The notes under the pieces are model-generated. The model was not told the origin of the DNA. It searched no databases and was given only the letters and a program-made list of their open reading frames with translations. Both the position numbers and the translations under genes were made by a program. Below, piece after piece: positions 11,839 to 23,636 of a stretch of 64,000 bases of DNA (its first letter is position 1; every line of letters begins with the position of its first letter). Origin of the DNA: Balanoglossus misakiensis (taxonomy: Eukaryota > Animalia > Hemichordata); contig CM082589.2 in assembly GCA_040954595.2 (NCBI GenBank), forward strand, positions 4,540,213 to 4,604,212, written 5' to 3'.

Positions 11839-14800
11839 ATGGGCTGCGGATCCAGTCAGACGGGTATGTATGGCTTCAGTGTACCTTTTGTTTTGACCCT
11901 GTGACGTTAAAATAATAAAACCCCGGGAACGTCGGAGGCGAAGACACCGCTGTGATTTCTCGTGAATCGACAGAGGCATTTGCTCGATTTTTGTAAAAAC
12001 AAGCCGAGTGTCATCGTACTTCACAGAAGCAAATCAGGAAAGTGTCCCCACAACGAATCCTTCATCGCAATTTAATTTCTGAAATACCGTACAGGTTCGT
12101 GTGTATGTTAAAATTTACACCGTAAAAGTCATGTATTTCCACTGACATCGCTAACGTAGAATGAACTGAGCCAAGCCGCGCTTTTAATCGGGTCAAAGCG
12201 ATGAATGACCCGCCAATTCATAGCGTAAGCGGGGCTAATTTCCAAGTCGCACGCAGATCGACCGACAGCATTTTCGGACTTAGATTGAGGCCAAACGAAA
12301 CTGTAAGATTACTGACAAACGTAGTTACAACAACAGTATATACCATTTCACGCGCATCTTCTTCATCTTCCCTTTTTTGCCTTAAATGTCATTTGACGGA
12401 TGTATAGGTATTCGCCATTCGACGAAGGCACATTCCAAATAATCAGTGTGGAATGCCATCTCACAGACAACTGAAAAGTGCAAAGTTAACAAACGTCACC
12501 ACCATATAACATCATTATTTTTGTCATCCCATAACGTTCATTTGTCTCGTAGTGTGAGAGAGAATCCCATCTCCATGGTCACGACCAACCAACCTAAGAT
12601 ACAATTGAGTCTAATTTGTCAATGAGCGAGCTATAATAGCTAAAATCCGCTTTGCTAGTTACTGATTGTTTCGCTGTACAGCAGTGTATGTTAGTGTTGG
12701 AATCGTTACAATCGTTAGGTCGCCAGCAGCTAGGAGTATATATTTCTCAATCTGTTCAGAGAGACATATTTTGTGGTGTAAACCTACTAATAATCTTTTT
12801 CTTTAAAATATATATAAAAATATTTGTTCAAATAATAAAAGCACTTTATATTTGAAAATAATGCCAGACCCTGAAAATAGACCATATGTTTCGATCATAG
12901 CCGTTAGATGTGTACTATATAATCTTTAATGGGGTACCTGTAGATCGTGCACTATGAACCAACATGTCTACAACGTGTCTAACTGTCTGGGTTGGCGTCA
13001 AAGAACTGGAATCCTGCCGACTTTTTTTTATAACAGCGTCATAAAATTTAAAAATCAATCTTAGACCGAAAATCTAAAGATAACCTCGTGTGTGATATAC
13101 TGGTACATTGCCATCGGGCAAGCCTTTGCGAAATGGAACTGTTCGCCGCCATTTTATCTCAGTTAGATACGCCGTCAACAAAAGCGGGGGTGATAATAGT
13201 CACATACGCCTAAAAGCTATCACCATTAACAACACAAATTGTGAAAATGGGCTTATCTCGCCCTTTTACGCAACGTGTTATTCACCGCATTGGTGATAGC
13301 CATTAAACAATACACACGGGCGTGTTGAATTATTCGTGCAGACACAACAGGCCTATTGTCTTCGCTCACCCCTCTCGTCCGCGCTTTCGCCGGGAGGGCC
13401 ACTCTGTCTAACTCGAAGTCAATGGGCATCTTCAAAATCCAACAATTGGGTGATCTGCCTGTTTTATTTCCAAATTAAATTAACTCGCATGTTTTGTGTC
13501 AATAAACGGTGCGTTCGTTTAATACCCGACGCGACCCCGAACTGAAATTTCTTGCATATTTTTAAGTGTAAAAAAACTGACAAGAATTCCTGCTCTGAAT
13601 CTTCTCTCTCTCTTCGCCAAAAATTAGTAATATTAAAAATACATTAAACTACAAATCATTTTGGATTATGTGCAACACGTTCTGTGGGCCAGGGAATATA
13701 TTGGAATAGTGTGTGATGTCTTTTTCACAATAGACGCAGCGATGCGTTCAGAACCTCATAAATCATACAAACGCAATATATTCTCGATTAACAGCGGCGC
13801 ATCACACCCTGACAACTGCTACCCTCGACAACGTATCGATATAAACACCTCCGTTAAATACACCGAGTGTTTGTGTGTGCAGAATTAGCGTTCCCACTCA
13901 AAGCGACAACCCCCATTGTGGCGCACGACTTGTTTTGTGAGTCGAATAATGTAGGTGTTTGTAGAGATACTGTTTGTTCGGGGTCGGGATTTCAGTAACG
14001 TTCAGTGGTTTGCGAAAGACAGCCACAGGAGGACGCACACGCGCACAAGACTGACCTGATCTGCTACCTTTAAACGAATCTTAGACAAATATACCAGTCA
14101 GTCTTTATGCTCTTGTGAAAACAACACCCTAAAGAAAGTGAATATTTTTGGAGATATTTTCTATAGACGCTCGTCAATCAGACTCGAACCCACAGAGCTC
14201 GGTGTCGCTTGCAACCAAGGCATAATTGGACCATCTTGCACCAAAACCCCTCAGCTGTTTGCGTAGTTATTGTCGCTCTCTTCGGGGCATACACTGACAA
14301 CATGCATGCCAACGGCAATAAACAGAGATCTGACCACAAAGGTCTGTGATCTGACTCAGTTAAGAGTCCTATGCGCACTAAAAAGGCTCCGCTATCAAAA
14401 CCACTGCTTCGTGATGAGCCGCTGCAAGAGTGAGTCACAGTGGCTCAGGAAACAACGAGACACTGACCACTATAGATGGACTACATAGCTCATTTCAACG
14501 CTACAGTGATCAGTTGCTCGCTGCGTATGCAAGACACCGTCCATGTAACCACACAAACACAAATCGATCCGTTATAAATGGAAACCATGTCAGTAAACGT
14601 GTCCTGTCTCCCGTGTAAATTGACATAGCTGGTCGCCGATTTAGCTGAGATGTTCCAGGTGCAAATACGAACACCTTCTGTCCATTAGCGTATTTATTAT
14701 GCGTGCCAAAAATGCAGGTGTTAAGTGACGACCTCGCTCTTCTTTCGACACAGTAAACAATACATCCTCTGACGACTGACACGTACTTGGCAAATAACGT

Positions 14801-15351
14801 TTGTCATGCAACGGTAGCTCAGTTATCAAGTTTTCTGAAAGCACTCATTTCTAGTACTCCACAAATATTCACACGATGATGACTCGAAATAGACAATATA
14901 CACTGACGTACTGGGCTCGACTCTAAACCTCAGCATAATCAACATTAAAATAGATAATGTATCCTGGTGTATTGTGTTCGATGCTTAGCTACAGCATAAT
15001 CAACATTAACACAGATACTGTACATCTTGAAAAATAACTAAAAATATTCGAGATACAGGTTATTCTTTTAGAATGTGTACTGAAGGCAATAACACATTAA
15101 CAGTTTAAATTGTACTCGTTGCAGACGATCTAACGCCCGAGGAACACGAGAAAGCGTTTACGGTGTTCAGGAAGATCGACGCGGATCACAGTGGGTTCAT
15201 CACGATACCCGAGCTGCGCACGGCGCTGAAGGACACGGGTGACGTCGAAGACGAAGACATCGAGCGGATGATGCAGCAGATTGACGACGACGGCGACGGG
15301 GTCATCGAATTCAATGAATTCAAGCAGCTGTGGAAAGCCGGTAGAATGTGA
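11839..15351 (+). CDS. EF-hand gene 2: N-acylated single-lobe calmodulin-like protein (~83 aa)
   Basis: Exon 11839-11863 (MGCGSSQT, donor G|GTATGT) joins in phase 1 to exon 15125-15351 (acceptor ttgcAG; DDLTPEEHEKAFTVFRKIDADHSGFITIPE...DDDGDGVIEFNEFKQLWKAGRM*). Confidence 0.85.
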
Positions 15352-16695
15352 CGAGGCGGTGGTGGTGGGAAGAGAACGCGTGCGTGGACCCATGCAGCGA
15401 CGGCGTCGCTGACGTCACTGCGCTGCCGCGTGTACGCCTGTGACGTCACACGACGTCACCAGGACGATGGAAAGACAATGACATTGCCAAAAGAACTGGG
15501 CGTACCGGTTTTGTTAAAATTCAGAGCTGACGAGCGCTTATTACCATTTCTGAAATTTAGATTTATTCCGTGCCAAAGTCATCTACTGACAAGAACAATT
15601 TTGTAAAAAATACACATTTTTGAGGACAAATTTAAACTTTTTATTTTAGAAATTGACTTTGTACTATAGTTTAATTTGAATATACCTGTCGAATACTATT
15701 TTGACTAGTCTAACGTGAAATACTTGTCGAATACTATTTCGCTACGTTTATAAGGAGAATATGCAGGACTTAGCGAAGGAGTTTGTAAATATGTATAGAA
15801 AAGTATTGTTATAATATGTGTGTTTGCGAATTGTTCTTTCAAGTAGAAAATCGTTTAGCATTATACTCGCACCTGCGTACTTACGACAAGTATTTATCAT
15901 TGCTGCAATGACCTATCCTGATCGTGCATTCTTTTGTTGTAAATATATTTATAATGAAATAATAATTGTAAAGAAAAGTAAAAATTTGTGGGGGGGGGGG
16001 GGGGGGGAGTCGCATTTCCAGTCGCCGCCATTACTCCGAGATGTAAGCGCGTACATCACAACCATATGCATGTGTTTGCGACGCCATTTTGTTAAGTCTA
16101 AAATTAAGTCACAAAAAATGCGTAGAGCACAACAAAAATGCATTATATTTCACGATTCTTGTTCATCTTTTAATTATTTTGCGTTCATGCTCAACGATCA
16201 TGGCATCGTTTTATATATGACACGGCGTCTTTGTGTCACTAATAAATAAAATACTTCATGTGGATCTGTCGGTTCTGGACAGCGGTAAATGGGTAAGATA
16301 AACGTTATAAAAGACAACCACCCGATCAAAATAAAACATAAGTATACACCAATCAATGCTGCTGGTGCATATAGATTGTACATATACATGTATGAATGAA
16401 TGAATGTTCACATAGTTTAATACAATTACCGTTGGTGGTGCTATGACGAGTCAGTATCATCCAACGTTTCATGGTCTGTAGTAAATTAATAAAAAGTTTT
16501 GTCAAAATTTTCCGAACAAATGCACCCTGAAACCTGGTTATTTGTGTTCATGTCTTTACACGTGCGAGGTCTCTGTAACAGGCTACATGTACAGTTACGA
16601 CTCACATTCTGATAGAGCGGAGAGTGGGCGGCAAAAGATGAAATCCAAAATGAGGATGAAAGAGGTACAAGTCATGGCACGAAATACGGGACGAT

Positions 16696-19443
16696 TCAAG
16701 TGATACTTGGCACAGCCGGGATGTGTTGGTTTTCGGTCAGCCAATAGGTTCTGATCTTGCCTTTGCCCTGGAATTAAAGACACAGAACAACAATAACAGG
16801 TCAGGCTACGTGTATTCCTTTAATTAAGTCAACGCACGTCAAAATCATTTCCGTTATTGCACAGTTACATACAATGATGTGATGTGATGTACTGTGATGT
16901 GTTGTGATGTCATGTCATGTCATGTCATGTTATGTCATGTGACGTGATGAGGTATGAAACGACCCAATATGATATATGATAGATACGATATGATAAGATA
17001 CGAAACGAACGATATGATATGACATATAAAGTATTGCGGATTACCTTTCTTTCGAATTCACCTCGCTTAACCATGGTGAACCCTCCCACTTCCAGCAAAT
17101 TCAGATAACACTCATAACTGATATGGATACGGTTAGCTGTTGGCAAAAACATATTGAAATATGTAATACAGGAAATCACGGTATGTGGACATGGGATTTT
17201 TTAAAAAAACGAAGATATTATCGCAAGCACAGTGGTAGAAAGGCAGCAGCATTGTCAAGAACTTACGTAGGCTTTTATTCCGCAGGTCAGATGCTGTGAT
17301 GACCGTTTCACCAAACAGACAATAACGGAATATTCTCAACCCAACGACGCCGCCTACGACAGGCCCTGAAAGAAATGGAAGTAAGAAAACAAAGCATTAT
17401 GACATTTGTATTTCCGCCTGTCTTGCAGTAATGGTCATACGCTTTATTTGGTCAGAATTTATATAAGTGAGCGACGTATGTATATATGTACGGTTTCATT
17501 CATTCATCTATCTTTCTATCTATCTGTCTATCTCACCTGCGTGAATTCCGATTCTAATCTTGATCTTGGAGTCTGATGAATTGGGCTCGTCAAGGTCGCT
17601 GATGTGATGGAGCAAATCAAGTGCAGCGGTTGCCATGTCACCCGTGTGTTTGTTGTCATTACTTTCCGCCAACCCTGGAAATTAAGATACGAAAGAAAAA
17701 GAAAAGGGTAAGGAGGTAGTTGTACATTTCAGATTAACGTGCTGCCTTGGGACTGTGTACTACAATTGTTTCAAGTCTATGGGATTCGAATTCATTAATT
17801 CACAATAAATGCATTTCAGAAAAAAATTCTCTCTGTATGTAGTGTTTGCGGTGTAGACCAGTCGACTAATGAGTTAGTCTACCTGTCCACCTAAAGAAAA
17901 TGACAATTAAAATCTAACAGGACCTACCAGAGGCCAAGATGCAGGTCTCGTTAATTGTTTCCACTTTGTAGACATCGTACTGCTCGATTCTAGAATCAAA
18001 CAACTCGTAGAAATTGTTGAGCATTTCCACCACCTTCATCGGAGTGTTCTCCGCGCACAGTCTGTCGAACCCCACGATTTCGGAAAAAAAGATGGTGGCC
18101 TTCTCGTGGCACTTCGGTTTGGCGTCTTCCCGTCGCATCAGCTGCTCGGCCACGTGTCTGGGCAGCATGGCGTACACCAGCCAGTTGGAGCGCCTCTTCT
18201 CCCGATTCAGCGCCTTCGTCTGCGCGGCCAGCGTAAGCGCGTAGTTCTGCACGTTGGTCGTCAGCGTCCACAGCGCCTGCAACGTCAGCGGACACATGAT
18301 GAGGACGACGATGACGATCAAGATGCTCATCACGATCGACTCGGTGTCGTTCTCCAGCTCTTTCTCCAGCTTGATCAGGATCTCGTCGGCCATGTTCTTC
18401 TGCACGCCGGCGAGGATGTCGATGTAGACGGTCATGCTGTCGAACCAGACGGCCGCGTCGCCGAAGTCCGACTGTCGCCCGCCTTCGTAGTTCAAGATGA
18501 TCCGGCGCATGTCGTCGATGGTCTGCGTGAAGTTTTCCTTGATGTTCTTGACAGCCTCGTTGTAGAGGCTCTCGATTAAGGGAGAATACATCTTGGATGA
18601 CTGGAAGTTAGTTCGTCCCACGTGGTACTTCTCCAGGTACCAGATGTAATCATCGTATCGGTCAAAGTCCCCCCGGGAGAAGAAGACAGAGCCCAGGGTA
18701 CGCTCAATGCCCGTGTCGATGTTGCTGACGATGAGAAACTGGTACGCGACCAGCGTCTGCCACAGACCGGTGCCTTTGGAATTACCGACGCTTTCGTAAA
18801 GCCAATCGACGAAAATCTGGATGGCGTCGGTGTAGAAGTTGATTTCACCGTATACAGTCGCGTTCGACTTGTCGACGTTGTTTCGATGGTTCGCCAAGTG
18901 GCGGCGGAAGTCTTCCTTTTTGCGAAAGAACGGCAGGGCGCGAAGAATGTGGGTGTTCACCGGCCACTCCTGCAGTTTCTCGAGGGCGCTGTCCGTCAGA
19001 GGGTAGTTCTCCGTCAGGAATGCTTTGTTCTCGGGTCCAATGACGCTGATGTACAGGGCGGTCATGTCGCGTTCGCGCTGCAGGCGGCTGAGGAGGACCC
19101 CGATGTCGCGACTGAAACGGATGACGTTGCGCACCTGAATGTCGACGCTGTTGCCGTACGCGATGCTGTACATGTCCAGCACGGCCGGGATGGCGAGCGC
19201 CAGCACCGGTATCAGCATGAGGAGGACCATTCTGGCCAGCTGGATTCGCTTCCCCTTGTGGGTGAGCGGGTTGCCCGTGCATCGGCCGATGTTGTTGGGC
19301 CGCAGCAGCAGCTTCCGCACCGTCTCGTCGACCTGCGACAGCGAGCCGAACGAGGATTTGGAGTTGTCCACCCGGCGCCGGCCATTCTCTTCGACGTCGC
19401 GATAGCTCGCCGTGAGCGTGGTGCCAACAGTCGCCCGCGCCAT
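16696..19443 (-). CDS. NIT-domain membrane guanylyl cyclase-like protein (~638 aa), catalytic residues degenerate
   Basis: Exons 19443-17928, 17674-17537, 17365-17267, 17136-17045, 16767-16696, all GT-AG and frame-consistent. Architecture: TM (MVLLMLIPVLALAIPAV), NIT-like helical domain (LSRLQRERD, GIERTLG), TM (IVMSILIVIVVLIMCPL), coiled coil/signalling helix (REKRRSNWLVYAMLPRHVA), class III cyclase domain (TIFFSEIVGF, VYKVETI, IRIGIHAGPVVGGVVG, RYCLFG, KGKGKIRTYWL). An additional upstream exon is possible because acceptor-like AGs precede the ATG. Confidence 0.9.
16874..17025. repeat. Compound pentanucleotide microsatellite (TGATG / TGTCA / GATAC-like)
   Basis: Degenerate 5-mer arrays inside the last intron of the cyclase-like gene. 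Confidence 0.8.
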
Positions 19444-20598
19444 CTGTAAAGCTGCAAAAGACACTAACCTCTCGCGACGTGGTCAGTGGTGCGTATAGCG
19501 GAGACAGACCAGAGTCTATCCAGATAGACCTCCCCGCTCGGCGACCGTCAGGGATGTGGCTCGAAAACCCGAGCGGGTTCGAAACCTTTCGGAGGGTTAC
19601 CAGGCAACCGACTGCGCACTGGCGGAACAAAAAAATCACCGCGGGTGTTCATTTTTGCCGTAACAAAAAAAATATGAGGGGTCCACCGCTAATCACGCTA
19701 ATTATAGTGTTTTCATGTAGACCTTCTAGAAGTTTCCTTGGTAACAGCCAAGGTAACGGGTCCCGGAAAAGCGCGGAACTCCCAACGTGTCTTACGCAAA
19801 ACTTTATTTACGTACATCTAGGTCAGAAAAGGTTTCATAAGAACGAAAACAACACATTTCAATGAAAAAAATAGTACAACAATTTCCTTTTCACCATGAA
19901 ATTCCCTTTACGTCTCTAAGATTTTTGATGACACTGATTTTTGAGGCGAAAACTGAATGAGATCGCGTTAAATCTGATAGGGTCGAGAAAGCATAGACGC
20001 ACTTTTTTTGGCCCTGATGATTTGATTGATGCTTGTTTATGAAAGTTAGTGATAAAAATTATGAAGATAAAGGTCCCCCACAAGAAGAATAGTAGTAGTT
20101 TTGGTCAAGTTGTGTTTATAGGCCACCAGACTCAGTTCATACAGAAATCGAACAATTTTATAAAATCCATTCAGTTATAACCTGCTTTCACCCAGTTTAA
20201 AAATAATTGTTTTAAACGCACGAGTAGTACATTGATTCCCGAACAAAGAACCTATACCCACAATCATGCACATTTCGGGCGTGACCTTTTGACCCCTAGT
20301 ATGCTCAGATGCCAGGAACACCAATGGATATTAGGAAGATATTTGTGTCACGCATCTATTTTGGTTTTACGTCTTGTATATTTTTAATTCAATGTGCCGT
20401 GCATCTATACTTTTGTGCGATTAGTAACTGCGCGGTTCTATTCATTTGTACATCCTAACTCGGCAGTGCTCCAAGCTGTACCAGGTATGTACATATCACT
20501 TACATACATAGTGTCTTTCTGAGATAAAACAAATTTAGGAGGGACTGTTAACATTTTCATATTTCATATACATTCAGACGAGATCATATTTGTTTGTG

Positions 20599-21047
20599 CG
20601 TTGCCGTTTTGTGCCCTTGGTAGAACACGTGGACTGCAATAAACTTCCAGTCGTTGAAAATTAACTTATTTTAATTTATAATTACGATATGTTATACTGG
20701 CATGGGATATTTTACCGGCTGATCTATTTTGGGCTATTACGCAAAAACGTTGCCGTTTTGTGCCCTTGGTAGAACACGTGGACTGCAATTAACTTCCAGC
20801 CGATGAAAATTGACTTATTTTAATTTATAATTACGATTTTTTATACTGGCATGGGATATTTTACCGGCTGATCTATTTTGGGCTATTACGCAAAAACGTT
20901 GCCGTTTTGTGCCCTTGGTAGAACACGTGGACTGCAATAAACTTCCAGTCGTTGAAAATTAACTTATTTTAATTTATAATTACGATTTTTTATACTGGCA
21001 TGGGATATTTTACCGGCTGATCTATTTTGGGCTATTACGCAAAAACG
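20599..21047. repeat. 149-bp tandem repeat, 3 near-identical copies
   Basis: ttgccgttttgtgcccttggtagaacacgtggactgcaat recurs at 20601, 20750 and 20899, with only a few substitutions between units. Confidence 0.95.
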
Positions 21048-21359
21048 CTTTGCCAACTCATTTGAGATAAAAACGTTAGAAAACAAGGAAAATGCAATAT
21101 TTCTGTCGTGTTTTATGGCATATAACATGTATTGGTGGGCAGGTAGCCACATATATGTAAGACATCCTGCGATTCCGTTTTTTTTCTAACATTTTTGCCA
21201 TGCACGACTCAGCCAAAAGTAAATGCGCGTTTCGCAATTAATATAGATGAGCGGGTGTTTGGCATGTACACATGTAAAACATTGTCATTTATATGTACTT
21301 GTCATGTACATTTAATTGACAATATTTTTCTAATTGTTATTTCTACATTTGGCAGTAAC

Positions 21360-23591
21360 ATGTCTACCGCAACAAATCCGTTCGGTACCGTCGACTATAC
21401 AGTCTTCGCGGCCCTATTGGTGATATCCGTCGCAACGGGATTGTACCAGGCCTTCGTCAAGGGTGGGGCGCGTACCACATCACGGTAAAGTATCACACAT
21501 AAAATCTCCTCCAATCAGCAATGTCTACTTGAGAGCTTGCTGCACGCCATGGCTGGCGGAATCAGTCTTTTTAGATGTGCCCCTTTCAAAATTTCCATCA
21601 CCCACTTACTTTCATGTAGTTCATTTGTTTCTAAAGATACATGGTAGCAGACAGAAAGTTGGGCGGAGTACCGGCTATGTTCTCCGTCATCGTGTCCTTA
21701 GTTTCAGCCATAACGATCTTGGGATACACCTCTATTGTATACGCCGACGGAATAACAATAACTGCATTCTTACCGTCGATGCTTCTAAGTACGCCATTCC
21801 TTGCTTATGTAATGGTGCCGGTTTTCTACGACCTTAAACTCGTCACTGCCTATGAGGTATGTGCTCCTGTCTTAAAGAGTTTGCACCACCGAGTATATCA
21901 CCCCACACAACTTTCAACACTACCATTTCGACTCATTTCATCAGATTTGTCTTTGTTTAATCACCACATAATTTCCTGGTGACCGAACTTGTATTTTATG
22001 CATTCCAGTACTTGGGACTGCGCTTCAACTTTGCACTGAGATTGCTTGTGTCGTCACTATTCATTGTCCAGCAACTATTTGTGAACGCTGCGTTCCTTCT
22101 GAGTCCTGCAATCGCTTTTGAAGCTAGTAAGTATTCCAATAAATCCCTGTATTTCCTTTAGTATACATTGGGAGTCAAAATGCAATATCTTTGCAAGAAA
22201 CATGTGACAGCTTCTAATTAAACATTTTCTTTTCAGTTCAAAATGTTGCTGTGTGGAAGAGCATATTGATTCTCGGCCTGATATGTTGTTTTTACACCAC
22301 ACTTGTAAGTATAATAAAGTATCCCCTTATATGAACTTGGCGGTTGGCATTTGTGAACATTTTGTATTGTATAATTGAACAACATTCGTGATCGCCATTT
22401 AATTATAGGGCGGTTTGAATGCTGTGATATGGGCCGACGTCTTCCAAGCTGTTTTCATACTTGGTTCTTTAATTGCTGTTGCTGTACTTGGAAATGCCAA
22501 GGCTGGTGGGATAGATCACGTCTATAGATTTAACAGAGACAACGGACGGTTGGATTACAAGTAAGTGGTTTATGTATGCCCACTGTCATTTTATGAACTA
22601 ATCTGGCACGTTGTACAATGAAATATACTTATGTGGCCAAATGTTTTGTGGAGGTAAAGCCGATTTTACGATGAGTAGAGCATATTGACTTCAACTCTTT
22701 TCCTTTTAGTTTTTCACTGGATCCGACCATACGATTTACCGCTGCCGGCGCGTTCCTCGGTATTGGCCTGAATTCGTTGAGCATGTTTCTCAGCCAGCCT
22801 GCCATTCAACGATATCTTTCCGTGAAGTCACTAAAGCAAGCGAAACTGTAAGTCACCATATTTCTAACAAACGACCACTGTGTGTGGACATTTATGGAAT
22901 CGATTCCTTGTACACGAAACGGGTCGTAAAATGAAACGCTATACACGGAAACTAGAATAGTTCGAATATCGGAGCCTAATTTGCATATTTCCATACACCC
23001 TTCTAGATCGGCAATGCTTAGTATACCCGCAGCGTTTTGTGTTTTTCCACCAATCTATCTGACCGGGTTCACCGTTTATGCCTATTATCATGGTGGTAAG
23101 TGCAATTTCTAAATTTCCAGGTAACATCCAAGGTAGATGTTTAACTTTAAGTATATTGAACGAATTAAATTTAATGTAACAAAACATCACGACCCTGAAT
23201 ATAATATATTTCGATTCAGAGATGAAACCTCGCATCAATGTGTATCATGAAGTTTCTATTTTAATTTCAACTTTAACATCCGCTCATTTATTTCAGTTGT
23301 TGCTCATTTGCAAACTTTAAAGGTTTCTCCCAACAAGCCTTACTAGTATTTTGGTAGCTAATTACTCTGGAAGTGCGTTGCCAGAAAAGATTATTGTGAA
23401 TTCAATCTTGTAAAGAAACATTCTCTTCAGTTTTACAAGCAGCTGGGACGGCAGAAAATGCTAGCCTCCTAATGGCAACAAACGCGACCCTCTCACCGAA
23501 TTTAATGCCGCTAATAAAATCACCAGATCAGGTAATGTAAATGTTTATTGATTGGTTGGTTGACTGATAGGTTGGTTGGTTGGTTGGTTGG

Positions 23592-23636
<45 letters not shown>

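Noticed and set aside
17996-19639. Several long overlapping ORFs (up to 275 aa) on both strands
   Set aside because: Shadow frames of the GC-rich NIT-cyclase exon; no recognisable domains.
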